Part shown: one piece after another, positions 39,648 to 48,607 of the stretch
Layout: the number at the start of each line of letters is the position of its first letter
Numbering within the stretch: the first letter of the stretch is position 1
From: Planctomycetota bacterium
Lineage (GTDB): Bacteria > Planctomycetota > Planctomycetia > Pirellulales > UBA1268
Length of the DNA stretch: 64,000 nt
Direction: 5' to 3'
Assembly: GCA_003669585.1 (NCBI GenBank)
Contig: QWOQ01000005.1
Location: 650,502 to 714,501 of the forward strand
The notes under the pieces: model-generated
Seen by the model: the letters and a program-made list of their open reading frames with translations, nothing else
What the model was told of the DNA's origin: nothing
The model's database searches: none
Position numbers and translations under genes: made by a program

Positions 39648-40553
39648 ATGAATTCACTCTCATCGATTTCCGAAAATGTATCCGTTGGCTGCGAAAAAGC
39701 TCCTTATCAACGAGTTCGAGTGATCGAACATGAGATTTTCGCCCATCGTACGCGACGAATTCGCATTGAGTGCCCAGAGATTGCATCCAGAGCGTTGCCT
39801 GGTCAATTTGTAATGCTGCGAATTCCAGATCGAAATGACCCCCTGCTGGCAAGGCCCTTGGCCGTCTACGATACACATACCCATCTGGAACGAGACCGAA
39901 CCTCCTCTTTCTCATTCGATTGTTTAGATCTGGTTTATCTTATTCATGGAAAGTTCACGACCGCGCTAGAGCAGATTAAAGTTGGGGATGAACTCATCAC
40001 GTGGGGACCACTGGGAAATGGATTTTCACTTCCTGATGTTGATCATCTTCTTCTTGTTGCTGGTGGAATTGGCCAGACGGCACTTCTTGCTTTCGCCAAG
40101 GAATGCCTTGGGGTGAAGCGGTTTGGAAACCCCTTTCGCCCAGCGACACTCAGTCGTCGAACAACACTCTGCTGGGGAGCAAGAACCGGTTCGTTTTTTG
40201 GGGGCATTGAAGACTTTACTTCATCTGGTGTCGATGTACATCTTGCCACGCTCGATGGATCGACTGGGATACAAGGAACCGTCATTGATCTCCTCAATGC
40301 AATTCCGCCCAGTCTTTTGGATCGAACTCACATCGCCTGTTGTGGACCGGAACCGATGATGGCTGCTGTTGGAGCGTGGGCAACACATCATTCGCTCACT
40401 TGCGATGTGTCACTTGAAGCACCAATGGCATGTGGTGTTGGAATCTGTTTCACATGCGTTGCGAAAGTACGAGACTCGACCGGTAGCTGGGACTATCGAA
40501 GAACGTGTGTAGAAGGTCCCGTTTTTCGCGCTTCAAGCATTGACTGGGATTAG
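39648..40553 (+). CDS. pyrK: dihydroorotate dehydrogenase electron-transfer subunit-like (FAD/NAD-binding, 2Fe-2S)
   Basis: It has the PGQFVMLRI FAD-binding barrel, LLVAGGIGQT, CGPEPMM, and C-terminal MACGVGICFTCV cysteines. The start is uncertain, either 39576 or 39648. Confidence 0.75.
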   Translation: MNSLSSISENVSVGCEKAPYQRVRVIEHEIFAHRTRRIRIECPEIASRALPGQFVMLRIPDRNDPLLARPLAVYDTHTHLERDRTSSFSFDCLDLVYLIHGKFTTALEQIKVGDELITWGPLGNGFSLPDVDHLLLVAGGIGQTALLAFAKECLGVKRFGNPFRPATLSRRTTLCWGARTGSFFGGIEDFTSSGVDVHLATLDGSTGIQGTVIDLLNAIPPSLLDRTHIACCGPEPMMAAVGAWATHHSLTCDVSLEAPMACGVGICFTCVAKVRDSTGSWDYRRTCVEGPVFRASSIDWD

Positions 40554-40666
40554 TTCCGGCTTGCTTGGGTATCAATAAAATACATTTGCGAAGTGATCGC
40601 AATGATGCAAACGACAATTCACACGATCCGCAGACAACGCACCCAACATGCCAGAAGAAGTGGCGA

Positions 40667-40996
40667 TCAAGTACGGGGCTCGTTGGATGATTTCTTCTCC
40701 ACTTTTTTTGCAGAAGGACTCTCGGGATTCGATCCTTTCAAAGCCACAATCCTTGCTGACAAACGCGATTTGATTCGAGCAGCGCGATTAGGATGAATCG
40801 TTCTCGCGGCAGCAGCTCGATCAGCTCTTTTTGCCACACCCTTGAGTTCTGCTTTTGCAAGATCGGCGTTTCCCAGAGAGAGTGCCGAAAGCACTTTTCT
40901 AATCTGTGATTTGAGGGATGACTTCTCCGCTCTATTACGATCCCGATTTCGGAGATTCTGTCGGAGACTTTTTTTGGCATTCGCAGTATTCGGCAT
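40667..40996 (-). CDS. rpsT: 30S ribosomal protein S20
   Basis: It has the MPNTANAKKSLRQNLRNRDRNRAEKSSLKSQIRK N-terminus and is a small basic protein. Confidence 0.9.
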   Translation of the reverse strand: MPNTANAKKSLRQNLRNRDRNRAEKSSLKSQIRKVLSALSLGNADLAKAELKGVAKRADRAAAARTIHPNRAARIKSRLSARIVALKGSNPESPSAKKVEKKSSNEPRT

Positions 40997-41032
40997 CAAA
41001 CATCCTCTTCAACGCGTAAACGGTCCCTGTTC

Positions 41033-42436
41033 CTATTCCGCACTTTTATCCGGCACGGAGTCTAACTTGTCCAGACGCTGTGCCACATCCCGGTATCCAT
41101 AGTCAAGTTCGGCAAGCACCGACAGATATTTCTTGGCCGATTCAAGATCTTCAAGCCCTGCCGCGAGCACCCCAGCGCGGTAGAGGGCTCGCTTTCGCAG
41201 GTCTGTTTCCCTATCCGTGAGGGAATCAACTGCCGTACTGTAATTGCGCATGGCGAGTTGATGTTGCTTAATTTTTTGAAAACATTCTCCAAGCTCAAGA
41301 GATACGACGCCTTTGCGTCGAACGTCTTGAAGGCTTATCTGAAATTCCTTGATCGCCTCGGGATAGTTTCCAATTGCTTTGAGTCGCATTGCCAATTCAT
41401 ACCGCCACGACGTGTTCTCGGGGTACCGAGATGTGCGAGCTGAAAAGACATCAATTTCTTGCTTCAGGATTCCTGTTTTTAGCTTTTCGAGCGTTTCTTT
41501 GTTGGCCTCGGTGCGTTCGCTTTCAAAACGTTTTTCGGCGATATGCATTCCATGCTTTGCCCATCGCAGTTGACGGTCTTCAATATGTTCGACGACTTTC
41601 ATATCTCCACCCGAAGCAGAAAGAGCTCGATTTAAAACTTTCTGTGCTTCCTCAATCGATTCATCCTTTTCGACCAAGTCGGCAAGCTCCAAATAAGACT
41701 CCACATCGGCAGGATTTTTTTCAATGGCCTGTCGTAAAAGCGTAATGCGCGGAACTGTTGATGAACTCTCGTCGATGTTGTCGGTTGATTTTTTCGTGGC
41801 TGACTCTCGGCCAACAAGTCCATTCCCAGCAACGATAGTCTTTTCAACGTGGAGTTCTGACATAGCTTTTTGGGCCTCATCAGAAAACTTAGGGACATTT
41901 GAGATTCGTAACCAGCAGGCAATGGCCTGATCAAATTCACCGCAGGATTTTAAAAATGCGGCACACTGTTTATTGACTTCTACATCCGCGGGTGCGGCTT
42001 CAAGCGCTGCTCTTAAATAGGATCGCTGAGCTTCATTCTGCTCAAGATTTTTGCAGGCATTGGCCATTGCTAGGAGGCACACTGCGTCGTAGGGACTTGA
42101 TCGGATGATGTGAACGCCTTGCTTCACCACATCACGCCAATTCTTGGCCGCTGCGGCTTTCTTCATTCCACCGTGAGAGGTTCCCCACAAGGCCGCTAAG
42201 CTTCCCTTGGCCTTTGGTGGCCCGTGCTTTTTTTTAAGCGTGGCAAGAAATGAATGGAGAAACGGGATATTGCCAGAGTCTCCGATAACACACTGAGACA
42301 ACAGTTCGATCGCATAATCCGGGTTGGATTCCATGCTCTGCTGGCCTCGCTGAAAGCTTTGCATCAAGCGACTACGCTCAGCGGGCGACAGGCTGCCGGT
42401 GATACCGGATGACGGTGAAGGAGGAACGCTGGTCAT
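41033..42436 (-). CDS. TPR-repeat protein
   Basis: The 467-aa protein has repeated TPR-like units throughout (e.g. YELAMRLKAIGNYPEAIKEFQISL, ALYRAGVLAAGLEDLESAKKYLSVL). It lies 33 nt upstream of rpsT on the same strand. Confidence 0.75.
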   Translation of the reverse strand: MTSVPPSPSSGITGSLSPAERSRLMQSFQRGQQSMESNPDYAIELLSQCVIGDSGNIPFLHSFLATLKKKHGPPKAKGSLAALWGTSHGGMKKAAAAKNWRDVVKQGVHIIRSSPYDAVCLLAMANACKNLEQNEAQRSYLRAALEAAPADVEVNKQCAAFLKSCGEFDQAIACWLRISNVPKFSDEAQKAMSELHVEKTIVAGNGLVGRESATKKSTDNIDESSSTVPRITLLRQAIEKNPADVESYLELADLVEKDESIEEAQKVLNRALSASGGDMKVVEHIEDRQLRWAKHGMHIAEKRFESERTEANKETLEKLKTGILKQEIDVFSARTSRYPENTSWRYELAMRLKAIGNYPEAIKEFQISLQDVRRKGVVSLELGECFQKIKQHQLAMRNYSTAVDSLTDRETDLRKRALYRAGVLAAGLEDLESAKKYLSVLAELDYGYRDVAQRLDKLDSVPDKSAE

Positions 42437-42846
42437 AATGACTACTTTGTATTCGCGAGACGATCGCAGAGTTTTTTGGTGCCTTCGTCAGAGGCCCGTA
42501 ACGTGGAAGAGCTGAGCGTACAGTTCTACCGAATTTGATCCTTCGATCTTCGTTATTGAAAGACCCTAGAGACCGAAACTAAGACTAACACTTCCAAGCA
42601 TTCTTCTCAATTTAGCCCGTTCAAAAGCCCTCCTGAGGGCAATAGCGCCACCGAGACACCACTCTGTGGACAGTTTATTGCAGACCAGATTGTTTAGGTT
42701 GGCGAAGGCTTTTCTCTGCTGTTGGCTCGAAGCTTTGCCTGCGTGAGCATCGTGTATCGACCGCTGTTGGAAAGATTATAGTGGTTTCTTAAATTCACGA
42801 GATCCAAACCAGAGCGTCATCACAAAATGTCAGGGGCCTTCGGATT

Positions 42847-44358
42847 ATGCCAGTGGATCAAATCAAGGGCTGCGTTCGTTTTGTAGGCGCCGGCCCAGGT
42901 GACCCTGATTTACTCACCGTGCGCGGACTAAAACTTCTGCAGCAAGCGGATGTTGTTGTTCATGATGCGCTGGTGTCAACGGAGATTCTTTCGCTTGCTC
43001 AATCGAATGCTCAACTCATACCGGTTATTCGCGATACCGGAGATACCGGGGAGAGTACCGGAAGACTTCTCGTCGAACTCTCACGTCAAGGTCTGTTCGT
43101 CGTGCGTCTCAAAGGTGGAGACCCCTCAATTTTTGCCCGACTGTCGGAAGAGTTATTACCCGTATGCGAGGCTGGCATCCCTTTTGAAATCGTTCCCGGT
43201 ATTACTGCAGCAACGGCGGCTGCGGCCATGGCAACGATTTCGCTTACAAGCCGATCCAATGCATCGGCAGTAGCGTTTGTGACAGGACACGAATGTGATG
43301 AAAAATCCACACCTATCGATTTTGAACGGCTTGCTTCTTTTCAAGGCACAATCGTGATCTACATGGGTGTTGAAAAGGCGGCGACCTGGTCCGCAGAGCT
43401 CATTCGATCTGGAATGAGTCCAGATACTCCTGTCTCGGTAGTGAGTCGCTGCTCCCTCCCTCATCAGTCCACGGTATCTTCAACACTTTTCGAACTTTCC
43501 AATGACCTAGAAGCTCTTCGCCTACCGTCACCCGCTGTCATCATCATCGGTCAGGTCGTGACGGAAGATGCTCTCATTCGACGCACATCAAAGCCGCTCC
43601 TTGATCGCACGATTCTGGTTACCCGACCACAGGGACAATCAGACGAATTGATTCATGCGTTTACACTCCTTGGAGCACGATGCATTCAGCAGCCAACAAT
43701 CGATATTGTTCCACCGCCTACATGGGAACTGCTTGATCACGCTATTCAAACGGCATGGTCATACGATTGGATTGTTTTTTTAAGTGTTAATGGTGTTGCT
43801 TCGTTTGTCTCTCGTATGCGAGAGGCAAACCTTGATGGCAGAGCGCTCGGCACTGCAAAACTGGCTGCCATTGGACCGGGGACACATCGGTCACTCCTTT
43901 GCGCAGGACTTCAGTGTGATTATGTTCCGAACGAGATTCGGGCTGAGGGGCTTGCCAATGGCCTTCGAGACTCTCTCTCGAAGGGACGTTTTTTGCTCAT
44001 TCGCGCAAATCGCGGCCGAGATCTCTTGCGTTGTGAACTCGAAAGAGCAGGTCACGTTGTTGATGAAGTGGTCGCCTACACAAGTCGTGACATCGAGGAG
44101 ATCCCTTCTGCGATGCAGCATTCCTTCGATCGCCTCACTATTGACTGGATAACCGTCACAAGTTCTTCGATCGCTGAATCGGCTATCAGACTTTTTGGTC
44201 CACGCCTGCAAACTTGGAAGGTTGCCAGCATTAGTCCAATCACAACAGCAACGCTGATTCGCCTTGGGGTAAGACCGACTGTGGAAGCCGATAACGCAAC
44301 GACAGAAGGGATTGTGCAAGCGATTCTACGTGCGGAAAAAACTCCTGTCGGCACTTAA
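42847..44358 (+). CDS. bifunctional uroporphyrinogen-III C-methyltransferase / uroporphyrinogen-III synthase (CobA-HemD fusion)
   Basis: The N-terminal half has VRFVGAGPGDPDLLTVRGLKLLQQADVVVHDALV and RLKGGDPSIFAR (SUMT). The C-terminal roughly 250 aa are HemD-like (ILVTRPQGQSDEL...). Confidence 0.85.
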   Translation: MPVDQIKGCVRFVGAGPGDPDLLTVRGLKLLQQADVVVHDALVSTEILSLAQSNAQLIPVIRDTGDTGESTGRLLVELSRQGLFVVRLKGGDPSIFARLSEELLPVCEAGIPFEIVPGITAATAAAAMATISLTSRSNASAVAFVTGHECDEKSTPIDFERLASFQGTIVIYMGVEKAATWSAELIRSGMSPDTPVSVVSRCSLPHQSTVSSTLFELSNDLEALRLPSPAVIIIGQVVTEDALIRRTSKPLLDRTILVTRPQGQSDELIHAFTLLGARCIQQPTIDIVPPPTWELLDHAIQTAWSYDWIVFLSVNGVASFVSRMREANLDGRALGTAKLAAIGPGTHRSLLCAGLQCDYVPNEIRAEGLANGLRDSLSKGRFLLIRANRGRDLLRCELERAGHVVDEVVAYTSRDIEEIPSAMQHSFDRLTIDWITVTSSSIAESAIRLFGPRLQTWKVASISPITTATLIRLGVRPTVEADNATTEGIVQAILRAEKTPVGT

Positions 44359-44633
44359 ATCTGTCGTGAGTCCGCAGATACGGCAGACACCCTACACAAT
44401 CTGAGTGATTCTGGACGCTTGGATCGGTCACTTCTCAATCACTGATCCTCATTTTTGGCCTCCGGTCAAACGCGACCTTGATGGTCGTACTCATCACACA
44501 CGCTGAGCTTTACTTTTCTTGCTTCGCATGCCGATTGTGTGAAAAGGTTCAAAGATCTTTCCTCTCATACAAGCACGCCTTTGTCTCTCTCTCGGGGGCT
44601 TGGGCGATATTCAAAGCTTCTGCAGGTATCCCC

Positions 44634-45368
44634 ATGAGCTTTTTTCTCTCTCCAACGACTCTGGTGGTGTGCTGTACGATCGCAAAGACTGCGAATGAAT
44701 CTGAGATCGCCGAGCTTTGCGGTATTGCAAATCGATATTCATTGCCCGTCACCTGGGTTATTTCCCCAGAGAATCTTTCTCGTGCGACAGCCGTGTTTTC
44801 AGGTTTATCCCATCAGCATCAGATTGCGCTTGCCGGGTTTCCTGACTGGTTTGAGGGCAATCATTCACGGGGGCTCTTGCGACGAGCACTTTCATCTGCT
44901 CTTTCAATTCATCCCTTGCTTGAATCAATCGTTGTTCCTCCATGCACTCATCTGTCGCATCGTGACATACTCGTAGAGAATGGAATTTCTACGGCATGTG
45001 TCGATTCATTTGAGCCGCAGTTGCGCCGATCTAGGAGGCCGGTTCCGGAAGGCTGGCCGTGCCGCAGCCTCTTCTGGGGATTGTGGGACGTGCAATTTTC
45101 ATCCCGACAAACAATCGGATCCTTTGGAAGTTGGTTCGGCAGATCAGTTCCACATCAAAGTGGTGCACTCATCGTACAGAACACCGGGTGCTTCCTAGCA
45201 AGCGACTCGATGGCTGTGTGCCAGAGACGCCTTGAACACCTTTGTCGTTGGATCGAACACCGGGTCACCACAGGTCGAATTCGAACGGCATCCTTGGATA
45301 AAATTCCACAACTGGTTCTTCATTCGAACGGATTTACTCCGACTCAATCGATCCTCAAAGCAGCTTAA
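44634..45368 (+). CDS. hypothetical protein
   Basis: The ORF has coding-like composition. I recognise no motif. The start is set to an internal ATG (MSFFLSP) and is uncertain. Confidence 0.45.
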   Translation: MSFFLSPTTLVVCCTIAKTANESEIAELCGIANRYSLPVTWVISPENLSRATAVFSGLSHQHQIALAGFPDWFEGNHSRGLLRRALSSALSIHPLLESIVVPPCTHLSHRDILVENGISTACVDSFEPQLRRSRRPVPEGWPCRSLFWGLWDVQFSSRQTIGSFGSWFGRSVPHQSGALIVQNTGCFLASDSMAVCQRRLEHLCRWIEHRVTTGRIRTASLDKIPQLVLHSNGFTPTQSILKAA

Positions 45369-45375
45369 GCGGATC

Positions 45376-45624
45376 TCAGCGACGTTCATAAATACACAGA
45401 CTCAGATACGCTAAAATTCCACAGGAGATGAGTACTCCTATATCCATTGGAATACTTACCCTTGAGAAAGGGATCCCCGCCGCAAGATCTGCGAGAAATA
45501 AAACTCCACAAAGACCCGATAAGATCATGCCGGTAATCGGCAGAGCTTTCGTCACAGGCCTTCTCCTACGGGGGTAACGTTTCGCAACTATATTTGCTTT
45601 GCAATCAATGGCGCACACCGCCAC
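45376..45624 (-). CDS. small membrane protein (hypothetical)
   Basis: The 82-aa protein has a basic stretch, RRRRP, followed by two hydrophobic helices. Confidence 0.4.
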   Translation of the reverse strand: MAVCAIDCKANIVAKRYPRRRRPVTKALPITGMILSGLCGVLFLADLAAGIPFSRVSIPMDIGVLISCGILAYLSLCIYERR

Positions 45625-45742
45625 TCATTGTCCCATACAATAATCGACTTCTGGCTGAGGTCTATTCCAAAAGTTTTAAACTTATTGCAGTTTTCGCTAA
45701 AATGCTTCCGCTACTGAATTTCCACTCTTTGTCGAGGTACCC

Positions 45743-46258
45743 GTGACAACCGTCACAGACTCCCGAACTGCGGTTTATACAGGTTCTTTTGACCCAATCA
45801 CACTCGGGCATTTGGATGTCATTACGAGAGCGTCGAAGATTTTTGACCGCATCATCGTCGGAGTAGGCATTAATCCAGACAAACAACCTCTGTTTTCACT
45901 CGAGGAACGCGTCTCTCTCGTAGAAGACTCGGTGGCACATATCCACAATGTTGAGGTGGCTCTCTTCTCAGGACTATCGGTCGAGTTTGTCAGACAGCAG
46001 GGGGCGCGAGTTCTGTTACGAGGCGTGAGAAGCCTTATGGACATTGAGACTGAGTTTACGATGACTCTTGCCAATCGCAAACTGAATCCGGAAATTGAAA
46101 CAGTGTTTCTGATGAGTGCGGCAGAGTTTTCACACATCTCTTCTTCACTGCTCAAACAAATCACGCCGCTGGCAGATGATGCATCGCTCCTGCAGTTCGT
46201 CCCCAAGCCTGTTGTAATGGCCCTGCGCAGCAAATGGTCCGGGCCAACGGCAAAGTAA
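45743..46258 (+). CDS. coaD: pantetheine-phosphate adenylyltransferase
   Basis: It has AVYTGSFDPITLGHLDVITRA (the T/HxGH motif) and ISSSLLKQ. The start codon is GTG. Confidence 0.9.
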   Translation: MTTVTDSRTAVYTGSFDPITLGHLDVITRASKIFDRIIVGVGINPDKQPLFSLEERVSLVEDSVAHIHNVEVALFSGLSVEFVRQQGARVLLRGVRSLMDIETEFTMTLANRKLNPEIETVFLMSAAEFSHISSSLLKQITPLADDASLLQFVPKPVVMALRSKWSGPTAK

Positions 46259-46347
46259 ACGCCGAGTGATCGAGGATTGCAACCCTTCATCGGGAATCAT
46301 CGATTGTGTAAGACCTCACCGCTTCATGATCAATCTTTTAAAAACTG

Positions 46348-47427
46348 TCAGTTGATCTGTGAACGGGTAGTTCCTCCAGAACTTTCAAAATGCTGTCGAA
46401 GATAACGCGCCCGCTCAATGTTTCGATCGGCTGTATCAAGTTCTTCGCCACGAAGTTTCTGCAAGTGGGCCGGTTGTGTTCGAACCAACAGAACGTTGAT
46501 GTCAGAGATTTTTACGTCTCCAATAAGTCCTAGCAGCACCCCCATCCGCACTCTCGACAGCAGTTGCATTGTTTCTTCTGCACTGATGGTCTGAGCAGTT
46601 CTTAAAATGCCAAAAGCCCGGCTCACTTGATCGTGCACATTTTGCTGCGACTCTCGAATTAAAAATTCGCGTGCTCTTCGCTCATAGTCGATCAGCACCG
46701 GAACAACATCCCCGACCTGCTCAATCAATTCCTCTTCGTTCTTGCCAAGCGTGGTTTGATTTGAAATTTGATAGAAGTCCCCCATCGCCTGCGATCCTTC
46801 TCCGTAGAGCCCACGAACCGCCAACTGAATTTTGTGCAGGCTGCGAAAAACCTTCTCAATTTGACGAGTCATAACAAGCGCTGGCAGATGCAGCATGACA
46901 CTCACACGAATGCCTGTGCCTACATTCGTTGGGCACGCAGTGAGGTAGCCCCATCGTGGGTGAAACGCGTACGGCACGACTTTTTCAATCTGTTCATCGA
47001 CCGTGTTAATCTGCTCCCATGCCCCCTTGAGATCGAGTCCACTATGCATGCATTGAATTCGAAGGTGGTCTTCCTCATTGACCATAAGGCTAACCTGTTC
47101 AAGGCCATCGATTGCGACTCCGCGAGCGCCTTGTGCATCGGCATGCTCACGACTAATCAATTGTCGTTCTACTAAGAACTGTCGATCGACCTCTTCAAGA
47201 TGCCCTACATCGATGTATTCCAAGCTCTTTCCAACAGGAACCGTCGCAATACGATCCTTTAAAAATTTTTCGATTTCCGTTTTTTCCTGTTCATTTGCTC
47301 GACTCACAAAAGGGTAGTGAGCCAAATTTCTTGCCAGGCGGACACGACTGCTCATGACGATGTCCGATTCCGGACCGGTACCCTTGAGCCATTCCCCGAT
47401 TGATTGAGTCAGCGTGTCAAGTTCCAC
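46348..47427 (-). CDS. mcsB: protein arginine kinase (ATP:guanido phosphotransferase)
   Basis: It has SSRVRLARNLAHYPF, CPTNVGTGIRVSVMLHLPAL and the guanido-kinase catalytic-domain pattern. Confidence 0.85.
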   Translation of the reverse strand: MELDTLTQSIGEWLKGTGPESDIVMSSRVRLARNLAHYPFVSRANEQEKTEIEKFLKDRIATVPVGKSLEYIDVGHLEEVDRQFLVERQLISREHADAQGARGVAIDGLEQVSLMVNEEDHLRIQCMHSGLDLKGAWEQINTVDEQIEKVVPYAFHPRWGYLTACPTNVGTGIRVSVMLHLPALVMTRQIEKVFRSLHKIQLAVRGLYGEGSQAMGDFYQISNQTTLGKNEEELIEQVGDVVPVLIDYERRAREFLIRESQQNVHDQVSRAFGILRTAQTISAEETMQLLSRVRMGVLLGLIGDVKISDINVLLVRTQPAHLQKLRGEELDTADRNIERARYLRQHFESSGGTTRSQIN

Positions 47428-47507
47428 AAATACTTTCCTCTTTTTTCCACTCAGAAAATTCTGTTGTCTGCGGATCTATGCTGATTGTCTTGGCTTCTTC
47501 AGAAATC

Positions 47508-48128
47508 TTACGTGGGTGAAATATCATCGGTGTTCGATACTGGCGATGATGAACTGGGAACGGTCCCGGGCGCCGCGTCTATTCCAAATCGCTTTCCTCC
47601 ACCACCAATGGCCCGATCTTCTATTTCTCTGATTGAATCTCTGAGATCCTTGGCTCGTTCGTAGTCCTCTCGCGAAATCGCATCCTTTATTTCACGACGC
47701 ATACCAATCACTCTGGTAATCCATTCGGTTCCCTCAGGACTGCGAGAGGGGCGACGACCAGTATGCTCAGTGGATCCGTGAATATTTGCGATTAAGGGTT
47801 CTAGTTCTTTTTCAAAACAGACGTAGTCGTGTGGACAACCAAGACGGCCTTGGTTTCGAAATTCAAAAAACGTGATCTCGCAATGTGGGCAGGATTTTTG
47901 ATCCAAAAGTGCTAATTCGTCTGCCGTTTGACCAACACCGAGCGGATTGGAAAGAATCTCTCCTACGGATTTTCCACCTTCTTTTTCACCAGGCTCACCA
48001 CCGGCTGCTTCAGACTGATTGAGGTACGCTCTGGCATGATCTTCGCACAAATGCAGTTCGCGAACAGAGCCCTTTTCGAGTTCTGTAATGTGAAACGTTG
48101 CCGCTTTTTCACATTTTTGACATTTCAT
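47508..48128 (-). CDS. mcsA: McsA-like activator (zinc-finger pairs plus a UVR motif)
   Basis: It has MKCQKCEKAATFHITE...LCEDH, CPHCEITFFEFRNQGRLGCPHDY, and the UVR-like REDYERAKDLRDSIREIE. It lies 80 nt upstream of mcsB. Confidence 0.75.
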   Translation of the reverse strand: MKCQKCEKAATFHITELEKGSVRELHLCEDHARAYLNQSEAAGGEPGEKEGGKSVGEILSNPLGVGQTADELALLDQKSCPHCEITFFEFRNQGRLGCPHDYVCFEKELEPLIANIHGSTEHTGRRPSRSPEGTEWITRVIGMRREIKDAISREDYERAKDLRDSIREIEDRAIGGGGKRFGIDAAPGTVPSSSSPVSNTDDISPT

Positions 48129-48607
48129 AAATGCACCGCTGTTTTACAGTAGCTCTGCTGAAAGAAAAATATCTCCGCACTCGCCGCCTGCTTGCCGAGT
48201 CTCTCACACTATCATACAGACGACTTTATCGCAGCAATTATTTTAGCGCATCATACCGGAAGCAACATGGGAAAGGCCTCCGAAAGAGTCTGCTTTTCCA
48301 TGTTCGTACCACTTTCGCACAGTCAACATCATAGTCAGAATTACACTTTTGCCCGTATTTGGAAGATCATTGTGTTCGTGATTTTTCATGAGATGCTTTC
48401 AGGGCTCCCGTACACTTTGATTTGGGATCATAGACATGTTGAACTCTTGCCTGTGTTCAATCAGCAGCCTTGCCTCATTCTGCTAGCCATCGCTAGGATT
48501 TTCAAAAATCCCAGCGACTTCGGGAGGCATCGTTCACGGCAAAGCGTGTCCAAACTCTTATTTTTTGTTTTTAAGACCTGTTTTTAGATCACTGTTACCG
48601 TTTTGCC

